Origin: Rhizodiscina lignyota
Lineage: Eukaryota
DNA: 64,000 nucleotides
Reading direction: 5' to 3'
Assembly: GCA_010015805.1 (NCBI GenBank)
Contig: ML978125.1
Span: forward strand, 620,001 to 684,000
The notes under the pieces are model-generated. The model was not told where the DNA came from. It was given only the letters and a program-made list of their open reading frames with translations, and searched no databases. Shown here piece by piece: positions 50,440-61,882 of the stretch. Each line of letters starts with the position of its first letter. Position 1 is the stretch's first letter. The position numbers and the translations under genes are program-made.

Positions 50440-52764
50440 ACATCGAAATCGGTCTGATGCGGTCGACTATGATCAGATATCGCTTAGATGGTAGAAGACA
50501 CTTCTTCCGCACAAGAACGCGGCCCTGCGAGCATGGCCTGATCGCAGATGGACATTCTTCCGTTGAGTGGGGATTGTCAGTTACGCATCACTTGTACTGG
50601 AGGCAACCGTTCTTCCATTGAGTCTACCCAATCGATGGAGCGTTACTTAGATTTAAGACAGTCTTCTCCCACCAAGTCGACGCGGCCAGCCAAGAGTCGC
50701 TAACAACGGAAATGATCATTCTTTTGTTGAACTCCCACAGCTACTCATGCATCACTTGGATTCTAGAAGACCACTCTCCGATCCAGCCCGCGCCATTGCT
50801 TAAGCTTATTGTTGATTGTGCTTGCCCCTTCTTTTGTCAGGTCTACTCAGTGATCGTAGCGTCATGTCTAACCTGCACGGAGTCTGCGCGTATCTCACGG
50901 ACGCACAATAGAAAGATTCAATTTTGACTTGGGTAACTCTTCCTTTTGCCACTTGGAACTACTTCGTACACAAGAAATCCCACGTAACCTCGGCTCGCTC
51001 CTCCACGTTTGATAGACGCGCAATTGAGGAATGTCAAGCAACCACAACAATAACAACAATGACGTTTGCAGAGCGGAGGAGTAAATTGGCCCATATTTTC
51101 TCCGCTTCGTATAGATCTAAATGACTAGCATTCTTCATCGCGCCCGGTTCCGAAGCATTCAAACTACTTTCCATATTGCGTACTCTACCCACCTTTCATC
51201 TCCATAATTTATGGTCTCCGCGCCCTCGCGTATACTTTCCCCTCGCACAGCAATATCCAGAGTATTTCCGCAGCTTCCGCTGGAACAAGAAGCAGAACCC
51301 GCGCAATTACTCCAAGGAGCGGCATACATATAAGCGAACTGAGAACGGCTTTCTGACACCCTCCCTCGTCGAGTCTCGACGTTCTGCGGACTGCATGAGC
51401 GGCCGGTGGTTCGGCCGTGAAACATATTGAAGGACTGCCTCAGGTTCTCAGGGGTGCATTCCATAGAGTGTCAGAGAGCTGTCGTCAGCGTCAGCCACAC
51501 CGATACGGACCGCTCTCTGCAGGCCGTTCCTTGCAGAGCTGTTGCTCGGCGTCTCTCCCGCCCGGCATCCGCTTGATGAAAGCTTGACGGGACCGGCGCA
51601 CACGAGCCTCATGGTTGGATGGGCGCGCTGCGTGGGGGCCCACCTGCACTGGCCCTTGGGTTTGGCATGCCGGCCTGCATGTGAAAGGGGCAGCATGCGT
51701 GTCGTCTGCACGCCTTTGGTGAGGCGATGATACAGATATTGTATAGCAGCTGCATGCCGGCATTATTTGGAGCTGTCTAAGAGAGGTACTGTAGCCAGAT
51801 GCAGGCGTGGAAGAAGAGAAAAGCCCCCTTCTCGACGATCTGTGGTAGGCTAGCTTTGTCACTCAACGTGCTCAACATAGGCGGCCGATGATCGCGAGGC
51901 GGCCGTTTACGGCAAAGGCTTGTGTTCGGTACCCAGAAAAGTCGACGAACGGGAGCGAAGGAAAACATCCCGGCGACGTCATTCCCCAACAGACATGCAT
52001 GAGCGGGCGCCGTGCAGACGCCAACGAAGACAGCCGCCAGTTTGCTGAAACAGTTTTCTACTGGGCGAAAGAGGCGAGACGCCCTGCATCGGGTGGAATC
52101 TGCATCTCTGAGAGAGGCGAAAAGCCCATGCGGCTTTGTGGAGGGTAGGCTGAAGGCGAGGCGCAAGGGGACGAGCATCAAAATTTTGATACGGCCCGTT
52201 ATCTGGCCAATGGCGCGCGTGGAGGTATCGCTGTACCTGGTAGTCGTCCGAATTGTCCTTCGCGTGAGCAGCGCGTTCCCACCCCCAAGACAGCCAGTTC
52301 TTGGCTGGTTGATGTTGAATATTCCGTCTGAGTCGTGATCTTCCCCGGGAGTTCCCTTTTTAAAACTCTGCGTGCTACCAGTTTCTATCGACCCACGGCT
52401 GATCATCGCGATCCTCTGCCCCCATCGTGGCATTTCTTCCACCTCCTCTCTTATAGCACCCGGATGCCCCCTGCCTCTCGCTTTATTTCCTTCAATTGCG
52501 GCTGCTGAACGACATCTCAGCGCTGAGAATCTTATTTTCCCTGAGAGCAGGACGTTGAAACAATTTATGCTACTCATTTCACTCGCTTCCGACCGACCGA
52601 CGAACCTTCGCTCTTAGCCCCCTCATAGATCATATTTGACATTCCGAACGTCATACGCGGGACTGGTCCCAGCAGACACCTTAATTCTTATTTCGGTCGC
52701 GTGTTTCGTTTCAACTCCACGTTTTCGAGGACAAACATAACGCTCGACCCTTACACTCGCGACC

Positions 52765-55707
52765 ATGACGACCCCCGCTGACGAGAAGGCGGAACCTCAA
52801 TACACTATCCACCCTGACCGAAGGTCCTCAGATGAGGACAACACCGTGATTGGCGATGGCTCTCTCAATCCTTCACAAAATGGGGAGCAACGTCAGAACC
52901 GCTATCGATCCAATAGCCATCTCACTGTAGAGACACAACGAGACAACCTCGACGTCCCTCAGGACATGAAGTCGCCTTCATACTCACAATCGCGGGAGCA
53001 AGCCAAGCGTCTAGACGATGACCTGGCCATGCTTCAGGTGGAAAGGCAGGTCTCGAGAGCCAACGAGCCCGAACATGACATCGAACCCAACAAGTTAGGA
53101 ACAATGAACAGGTCACGGTCGAGGCGACAAGATCCGGTGGATGAGTTCGATGCCGCGACGAATCCACTACATGAGAGGACTGCGGTCTACAGACCTCCTG
53201 AGCATCCTACTACGTCGGTTGCTAAGTTCTTCAAGAAGGTCCACGGCTCTAGCTTCTTGATTCGATACATCGTATACATCACACCTCCGGTGCTAATTAT
53301 TCTCATCCCACTCCTACTTGGAGCCTTCTTGTTCAAGAATGCTTCCGTGGCCGGCGTACAATTGATCTGGTTCTGCATTTGGCTGGAAATCATATGGCTT
53401 ACGCTGTGGGCAGGAAGGCTGCTCGCGAAGTGCTTGCCATGGCCCATTGGTCTCATTTCTAGTCTTTTCACGAACAACAGCAAGAAGTGGAGAGACATGG
53501 GCAAGCAATTGGAACTACCGGCAACGCTGTTCTTCTGGTGGCTTGCAATCGAGGTGTCGTTCTTGCCGACGATGAACAACCACCACGTTAGCGGCAACAA
53601 AGGTACATTGGATTGGGAGAAGACAACGAACAAAGTGCTGGTGTCCATCTTCGTTGGCGTTATTCTTAACTTTGTGGAGAAGATCATTATCCAACTCATC
53701 GCCATCAGCTTCCATTTACGAACGTACCAGGATCGTATCGAGCTCAACAAGTTCCAGATCGGCAGTTTGACCAAGCTCTACGAGTTTTCGAAGCAGAAAA
53801 TCAACGAGGAAGATTCCGATTTCGAGATGCCTTCCGGAGGTTCTGGCGCTCGAACACCTGGGATGATGCTGCAAGAGGCTCAGCATACCACCATGAAGGG
53901 CTTCAAAAAGTTTGGCGATATTGCTGGCCGCGTTGCAGGTGATTTCACTGGACATCAAGTCAAATCCAGCACACATCCACAACAGGTCATCCTTTCTCTC
54001 CTCAACTCTACGAGTGGTAGTCAAGTTCTGGCGCGTCGCCTGTACCGCACTTTCTATCGACCGGAGACCGAGCTAGTACATTCGGAAGACTTGAACAACG
54101 CGTTCGACAACCAGGACGAAGCAGACGCAGCGTTCAGCATGTTTGACAAGGATATGAATGGCGATATCTCCATGGAGGAACTGGAAGCTGTGTGTGTGGA
54201 AATCGGACGCGAACGGAAATCCATCACGGCCTCGCTGAAGGACTTGGACTCTGTCGTTGCCAAGCTCGACGACGTCTTCATGTTTATCGTCTTCATAATC
54301 ACGATTCTGGTCTTCATCTCGCTTATTTCTACCTCCGCAGCTGGTGTCCTGACGTCTGCCGGATCTGCTGTCCTAGCCCTCTCGTGGCTCTTCTCTGCCA
54401 CCGCGCAAGAGTTTCTACAGTCCGTCATATTCGTCTTTGTCAAGCATCCATTCGATGTGGGAGACCGTGTCGGTATCTATGGCAACACTGGAAGTCAGCT
54501 CAAGGGTGATGATTACTTTGTGAAGGAAATATCACTGCTCTATACCGAGTTCAAGAAGATGGAAGGTCACGTTGTGCAGGCACCGAACAGTTATCTGAAC
54601 ACTCTTTTCATTCTGAACCAGCGCCGTTCTGGTGGTCTCGCAGAAGCCATCCCTGTCACGATCAAGTTCGGTACTACCCTGGAACAGATCGATCAGCTTC
54701 GCCAGCGTCTGCTCGAATTCGTTCGTGCAGAGAAGCGCGAGTACCAGTCGAATATCCTCACGGAGCTGCGCGAAGTCCTCGAGTGTCACAGCCTAACACT
54801 CAACGTCATTTTCTTCTACAAATCGAACTGGCAGAACGAACTATTGCGCCTCCAGCGCCGCAACAAGTTCATCTGTGCAATGATGGTTAGCATGCAGGAG
54901 CTTGGCATCGAAGGCCCACGGATGCGGTACCCAGGAATGAAAGAATCTTTCCCGGTCTATCTTCAGAATGTGCCGCACCTTGCTACGCCTGGCGCTGGCC
55001 ACGGTGGCACTCCAGACAACCCGATGGGTCATATGGAAGAACCTCCATTCGTCGCTCCCGAAGCTGGTCCTCAGGACTCCTCGGAGCCCACGGGCTCACA
55101 GTACCGGCCACGCTCTAGCACAGGTACAGGCCGCCAGCGCGGCGAATCGGTCGCTGCCATGGGCCGTCGTGTAGATTTCTCGCTCGGCATGAAGGATGTT
55201 GCGGCCAGCGATTTCACCGGCGACGTCTACGAAGATCGAGATCGCAGTCGCAACCGCATTCCGATCAGCGTACAGTCTCCATCTCGGCCTCGTGGCTCGC
55301 AGGATACCCGTGGCAGCAAGAACAGAGGCTCGCAGGAGGTCGGGAGGAGCACAAGCGTTGATGATGATGGATCCCGCCCTCGTGCGCTCCACCGCATTAA
55401 CACTGACACGTCTGCTGCGAGGAACCGAAGCATTCATCGCAATCGTTTCTTCGGCCGCAGCCGTAACCGAGAGGACGACATTGCCATGATGGAGCAAGGC
55501 ATGGCTGATATTCCGGAGAATGAGAAGGGTGGAATGGCAGGTGCAGGAAATCCAGACGGCCAGAATGCACGGCGACTTGATCCTCGTACTGGCCTCGTGT
55601 CTCCTGCAGCGATGCGCTCTGCTGAGGATATCCATGGTCCCTCGGCGACGGATGAAATCGAGCCTGCTCGTGGTCCACCGAAACGCGCCACCACAACTTT
55701 GAGTTGA
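52765..55707 (+). CDS. MscS-like mechanosensitive channel (Msy1/Msy2 type) with EF-hand
   Basis: Single 980-aa ORF with TM helices, EKIIIQLIAISFH, EF-hand FDKDMNGDISMEEL, FVFVKHPFDVGDRV and APNSYLNTLFILNQRRS. Confidence 0.92.
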   Translation: MTTPADEKAEPQYTIHPDRRSSDEDNTVIGDGSLNPSQNGEQRQNRYRSNSHLTVETQRDNLDVPQDMKSPSYSQSREQAKRLDDDLAMLQVERQVSRANEPEHDIEPNKLGTMNRSRSRRQDPVDEFDAATNPLHERTAVYRPPEHPTTSVAKFFKKVHGSSFLIRYIVYITPPVLIILIPLLLGAFLFKNASVAGVQLIWFCIWLEIIWLTLWAGRLLAKCLPWPIGLISSLFTNNSKKWRDMGKQLELPATLFFWWLAIEVSFLPTMNNHHVSGNKGTLDWEKTTNKVLVSIFVGVILNFVEKIIIQLIAISFHLRTYQDRIELNKFQIGSLTKLYEFSKQKINEEDSDFEMPSGGSGARTPGMMLQEAQHTTMKGFKKFGDIAGRVAGDFTGHQVKSSTHPQQVILSLLNSTSGSQVLARRLYRTFYRPETELVHSEDLNNAFDNQDEADAAFSMFDKDMNGDISMEELEAVCVEIGRERKSITASLKDLDSVVAKLDDVFMFIVFIITILVFISLISTSAAGVLTSAGSAVLALSWLFSATAQEFLQSVIFVFVKHPFDVGDRVGIYGNTGSQLKGDDYFVKEISLLYTEFKKMEGHVVQAPNSYLNTLFILNQRRSGGLAEAIPVTIKFGTTLEQIDQLRQRLLEFVRAEKREYQSNILTELREVLECHSLTLNVIFFYKSNWQNELLRLQRRNKFICAMMVSMQELGIEGPRMRYPGMKESFPVYLQNVPHLATPGAGHGGTPDNPMGHMEEPPFVAPEAGPQDSSEPTGSQYRPRSSTGTGRQRGESVAAMGRRVDFSLGMKDVAASDFTGDVYEDRDRSRNRIPISVQSPSRPRGSQDTRGSKNRGSQEVGRSTSVDDDGSRPRALHRINTDTSAARNRSIHRNRFFGRSRNREDDIAMMEQGMADIPENEKGGMAGAGNPDGQNARRLDPRTGLVSPAAMRSAEDIHGPSATDEIEPARGPPKRATTTLS

Positions 55708-56234
55708 GGAGGGTGTTAGACTGCTAGTAATCTCTGAGAGACGCAGCAGCAAGCACATGTTTTTCACTTCTGGAACATAAGTAAAAGTTTTGTATCATAT
55801 CTTCTTCGACCCGGTGCGTTAGCGTAAGGATTATTGCTTTTCAGACTGGTATTGGCGCACTGGACGAATGCACGACGACAGATACTTTCATGTAGACCAG
55901 CGTGGACGCTACGGCGGCGCTTTTAGATCATTAGACCGGTTGAGCGTATTTGGGTATTCAATTAGACTTTTAAGACGACGACCTTGCAATCAACCCTCAT
56001 GTCCGTGAAGAAAGCACAACATGTGGCGCTAACACTGATTGGGCCTAATTGCGGCAAGCGCGAGACCTCCGCGTTTTGCACCGCGGCGGGCGCCCTCTCT
56101 GACTTCTTCCTGCGTACGGCACGCCACTTGCCATTCCTTCACACACCAGCTTCAGCAAACAGTATATCCACTCTCACACCGTCCTCCCTCTTTCAACCCA
56201 CCTTCTCTAGCTCATACCAAGAAGTCTCACCAGC

Positions 56235-56915
56235 ATGTCAACTACGGCGAGGCGCCGCTTGATGCGGGACTTCAAGGTAAGCCAAACATTCTTCAATTCG
56301 GGTCGTGTGACTAGTTCCCGCTCTTGACAACTTGCATATCTTGCTTGTTTGTACTGTGTAAATGCTAAGAGATGGTGAGCTAACTCGGATTCCAGCGAAT
56401 GCAATCTGATCCTCCAGCTGGTGTCTCCGCCTCACCCGTTGCTGATAACGTCATGACCTGGTATGCCACCTTTGACTCCTGCATCTCGCGCTTTCACCTG
56501 CCCCTCCACTGGCAGGTGAAGACCGACTCACTTATGCGGCTACAGAACTTGCTGACATTTCCCTAGGAATGCCGTGATAATCGGCCCCGCAGATACGCCT
56601 TTCGAAGACGGCACCTTCCGCCTGGTCATGAACTTTGACGAGGGCTACCCGAACAAGGCGCCGCAAGTGCGCTTCATCAGCCAGATGTTCCACCCCAACG
56701 TGTACAACACGGGCGAGCTGTGCTTGGATATCCTGCAGAACCGCTGGAGCCCGACGTACGACGTGGCGGCGATCCTGACGAGCGTCCAGAGTCTGCTGAA
56801 CGACCCGAATACGCAGTCACCCGCTAATGCTGAGGCCTCGACGCTGTACAAGGAGAACAAGCGCGAGTACCATAAGCGCGTGAGGGAGACTGTCGAGAAG
56901 AGCTGGGAGGATTGA
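56235..56915 (+). CDS. rad6: Ubiquitin-conjugating enzyme E2 Rad6/Ubc2
   Basis: [69 protein letters not shown]. Introns 56277-56395 and 56461-56566. Confidence 0.95.
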
Positions 56916-58012
56916 TTTGAAGTGCTGGGGTGTCGAACTCGAAACATGCATATGAGGCGTCGAGCGTTGTGGCACGGCGATACCCTTACGGAGGTTCTTT
57001 CCATGATGCTACTTGGGCTACAAAGCTTTCAGTCATGCATTGCATGATCCTCGGAAATTGGTTACTCTCTTGTGGGTTCAGCATGGCGTCTGGGCTTCGG
57101 GAGTACGAATACGGCATGGACTCTTTTGGCATTGGCCACATCAGTGGGCTTGACCTGCATTGGGGAACTTTTACTAGGACTCTTGAGTTCTCACGATTAC
57201 CAATGATAAATATAAGAATTCCATCACGAAGTCTCGCATCTTCTCCGCCATTGTCGTCTAGCGTGACCAACTTACGGTTTGCCCTACATTCGTAGATGCG
57301 ATATGTTTCTGGTCCATGATCTCGCCCAAATGTCCTGCCTATATCTGTCCGTAGTTCGATAGTGGAATGGAGTCGCCGCTAGGTTGCGGCATCCATGGAT
57401 CTCGCAGCTGTCACGTGCCAAATATTGGAATTGCATGAACTTGAATCAAACAACCTTGACGTGTCCGCAGATCCAGGCACACTCTAACCCGTTGTACATC
57501 TCCATCGCGTGCGCAAACGCGTCCAGACGCTTTCTCGGATCCCTCGAACACATAGTGAGCCTCTCTCGCGCTTCCTTTCGGTCGTACAGGAGACTGCGGC
57601 AGGCTGCATGAGCGGACTGTCGTGGTGCATCCCACTCATTCGCGAAACCCGCGCCGCCAAGTTACGACACGCAGCACCGTCAACACAGCGACGGTCCGCT
57701 GAGAAACTCGCCCCGAACCACACATTCTGCACTCATTAGGCGCCAGAGTGTCCCGAGGCGCGCGGCAGCTCCGCGGAACACTCTTGGGTGTTGTTGGACC
57801 TCTCTACTTGGAGCCGCGCTGCTGTTACAACCACTGCTGTCACTCCGCCAGACCCTTGCAACCAGCTCATCAACTCCCACGACGCGAGATTTGGACGCAC
57901 GATCGCGCGTCTTGCACAATTTTGACCTAAGGACGGGGCTCGGAAACCAAAGAGAGGGCTTTGACATTGTGCACACTGGCCCTGGGGCCTTGGTTGCCCA
58001 TACTCCGCAATC

Positions 58013-61000
58013 ATGTAAGGACTCGAGACCTGGCTGAAATAGGAAAGTTGGCTAACTAGGCGTTGCAGGAGCTACAACTCTATTAAAGGTCAGATCGACG
58101 ATATCTAGCTAGGGAAGCGAGCGTTTGAAGTACTGACACTGCTGTTACAGTCGTTGCGCGCTTTCGGCCGCAGAACAAGGTCGAGCTTGCGAATGGAGGA
58201 GAGCCGATTGTCTCTTTCGACGCTGAGGAAACATGTTCGATCTCTGTAAGTACTGCCACTATTCCGCCATGCCTGCTACTACCTACAACCCGCGGGATCT
58301 TGGACCATGACTAACTGAGACTCCTCCACAGTCGAAAGAGGCCTCCGGAGCCTTTACATTCGACCGCGTCTTCGACATGGCCTCCCGCCAAAGCGACGTC
58401 TTCGACTTCTCCATCCGTCCTACTGTCGACGATATCCTGAACGGTTACAATGGCACAGTCTTTGCATACGGTCAGACTGGCGCGGGTAAATCGTATACTA
58501 TGATGGGTTCGGACATTGACGACACAGAGGGCAAGGGTGTAATACCGCGTATTGTGGAGCAAATCTTCGCGAGCATTCTGTCTAGTCCAGGAAACATTGA
58601 GTACACGGTCCGGGTGAGCTATATGGAGATTTACATGGAGCGCATTAAAGATCTCCTAGCGCCGCAGAACGACAACCTGCCTGTGCACGAGGAGAAGAAC
58701 AGAGGCGTATACGTTAAGGGATTGCTAGAGATCTATGTCTCGAGCGTGCAGGAGGTGTACGAAGTCATGCGGCGAGGTGGTATGGCTCGTGCGATTGCGG
58801 CGACAAACATGAATCAGGAGTCTTCGCGGTCACATTCCATCTTCGTCATCACAGTAACGCAGAAGAACGTCGAGACCGGCTCCGCAAAGAGTGGTCAGCT
58901 CTTCCTTGTCGATCTGGCTGGTAGTGAGAAGGTCGGAAAGACTGGCGCGTCTGGTCAAACCCTGGAAGAGGCAAAGAAGATCAACAAGTCACTCAGTGCC
59001 TTGGGCATGGTCATCAATTCTCTCACCGATGGAAAGTCATCGCATATCCCATATCGCGATTCGAAGCTCACGAGAATCCTACAAGAGTCTCTTGGTGGTA
59101 ACTCAAGAACGACACTCATCATCAATTGTTCGCCATCCAGCTACAACGATGCCGAAACGCTCAGCACCCTCCGCTTTGGTGTCAGAGCCAAGGCAATCAA
59201 GAACAAGGCCAAGATCAACGCGGAACTTTCACCTACTGAGCTCAAGGCTCTTCTCAAGAAAGCACAGACGCAAGTCACTTCCTTCGAGACCTACATTACG
59301 GACCTGGATTCTGAAGTACAGCTGTGGCGTAGCGGCGAGAGCGTGCCAAAGGAGAAATGGACGCCCGCACTATCGTCTGACATGGTGCCCACAAAGAAGG
59401 CGGATGCTAGGCCCGCACCCGGAACGCCTAGTACTCCGGCAAGACTGAAGAGCTCAGATGCCGGAAGCCGCAGCGAAACCCCGTCGCGGCCAGACTCGAG
59501 GATGGAGCTTGAGCGCGCTAGCACGCCAGGCCTGCCTATGGACAAGGACGAGAAGGAAGAGTTCCTGCGGAGAGAGAACGAGTTGCAGGACCAGCTTGCG
59601 GAGAAGGAGACGGCCCTCGCAACTGCAGAGAAGAGCTTGAAAGAGGCCAAGGAGGAACTTTCGGGCCTGAAGGAGCATGACGTCCGTACGGGCAAGGACA
59701 ACGAGAGATTAACCACTGAAATCAACGAGCTGAAGATGCAAGTCGAGAAGATCAACTTCGAGGCTAAGGAGGCCATGATCACCATGGACGGCCTGAAGGA
59801 AGCGAACAGCGAGCTCACCGCCGAGCTGGACGAAGTCAAGCAGCATCTGCTCGACGCGAAGATGAGCGCGAAGGAGACAAGTGCCGTGCTAGACGAGAAG
59901 GAGAAGAAGAAGGCCGAACGAATGGCACAAATGATGGCCGGCTTTGACCTGGGCGGTGAAGTCTTCTCAGACAATGAGAGGACGATCCGCAAGGTCATTG
60001 AGACTGTCGACGCGTTGCATGAGATGAGCAGTTCTGGCGAGGCGATCCCTCCTGACGATCTGGCTGATCTGAGACAGCGTCTACTGGAGACACAAGGCCT
60101 TGTACGACAAGCGGAGCTGTCAGTTAACGAGCGCGGCGAGTTGGATGAGGCGCACATTACTCGAAGAGAGGCGCTAGAGGAGAGATTGGCTGCTGTTCAG
60201 CGCGAGTACGAAGCTGTCCTGGAAGGCAAACTCGACGGCGCGAGCGTCGACGAGATCAAGGCTAGACTCGCGGAAGAGTACAGCAACAGGCAGAATGGTG
60301 TTGCTGAAATGACAGAAGAGCTCAAAATCGATCTCGCGCACCAGGTGGAAGAGAATCAGAAGCTGATAGCAGAGGTCTCAACTCTACAGCAGAAGCTCAA
60401 GAGCGGTGGTCCGGTTGCGAATGGTGTCGGTGCTGTGAATGGGAAGACGGTGCAGCAGCAGATTGCAGAGTTTGACGCGATGAAGAAGAGTCTGATGCGG
60501 GATCTGCAGAATCGCTGCGAGAGGGTATGTCGCCCTGCTTCTGCATACTGGAGGCAGCGCCCTGTACTGACTTCGATCAAGGTTGTCGAGCTCGAAATAT
60601 CGCTAGACGAGACACGCGAGCAGTACAACAATGTCCTCCGGACGTCCAATAACCGCGCCCAGCAGAAGAAGATGGCCTTCCTCGAACGCAATCTCGAGCA
60701 GCTCACCGTCGTGCAGCGACAACTTGTTGAACAGAACTCGAGCTTGAAGAAGGAAGTCGCTATTGCGGAGCGGAAACTGATTGCGCGCAATGAGCGCATC
60801 CAGAGCTTGGAGAGCCTGCTGCAGGATAGCCAGGAGAAGCTCACTGCGGCCAACCATCGGTATGTCCTTCCCCAGATCTTTTATCCTAAGAACGGTCTTA
60901 CTACTCAACAGCAACATCATCTCAAATTTCTTGGCCGAGTTTCATTGGATGCACTACTAACTTCGTCTGCTCGCGTACAGGTTCGAAGCACAGCTCACGG

Positions 61001-61242
61001 CCGTCAAAGAGCGTCTCGAAGCCGCGAAGATCGGATCCACGCGCGGCCTCGGCTCACCGACCGGCACGGGTTTCGGCGGCGCGTTTGCAGGCGCTGGATC
61101 TCGAATCGCCAAGCCGTTGCGCGGAGGCGGCGCGGTCGGAGACGTGCCTACCATCCCCACAATCTCGAGCCTCCAGAGTCAAGAGGTTGGCGGTGGCGCG
61201 GCGGGCAAGAGGAGCAGTTGGTTCTTCAACCAGAAGTCTTGA
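58013..61242 (+). CDS. kinA: Conventional kinesin (kinesin-1 heavy chain)
   Basis: Exons 58013-58014, 58069-58088, 58151-58245, 58332-60524, 60582-60859 and 60981-61242. MSYNSIKVVARFRPQN, P-loop GQTGAGKS, SSRSH, DLAGSE, coiled coil, RIAKPLRGGG and KRSSWFF. Confidence 0.95.
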
Positions 61243-61882
61243 TCTTCACGCGTGCATGGGCATTGGAGTATGAGGCAAGGGCACCCTTTTTGGCATCGTT
61301 CGTACCGTTCTCCACCTGTCTTCACAAAGAAGTTTTCAGTTCAGTGCCAACCCCATTTTCCTTCTCCTCCCCTCTTAGATTGGCGGGTCATGTAGATTGC
61401 ATCATCGGCACGAAGTTTATACCCAAGAGGTGCAGCTGCCCCCGGAAGTGAAGATAGGCAACAACGTGACAGCTGGGGGTGGCGGCAAAATTTGGATTCT
61501 CAGCTTTCTTCACTGCTTTCTCTTTTTGCACGCGATATGAAGAATGGACTGGGCACTAGGACGCATGAGGAAAGTTTATAGGCTCTCGCGAGATCGTATG
61601 TACAAATACTACAAGCTGCTCGTGCTTTCTGTGTGGTGCTGGATGCTATACTATGCACCTCGTTATTCGACTCGACCCCAGTGTGAGCATGGCCTTGGTC
61701 GTATGTTGAGCTTGTGTAGGCACACTGGACGTCATACCGGTTATGTACTGAAGGTTCGGCCAGTAACAATGTTGCTCTCATCCAACCCAATCACACATAC
61801 TCAATCAGGCGATTGTCCCTGTTATTTTGTGAGCTTCCTCATTAGTGTTGTCCATCCCAAATCGCTAAATTCGAGGCTCCAA

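Noticed and set aside
58377..61451. 1024-aa single-ORF kinesin as given in the ORF track
   Set aside because: It lacks the first motor-domain strands, reads through two introns and misses the conserved IAK tail. The spliced model fits better.
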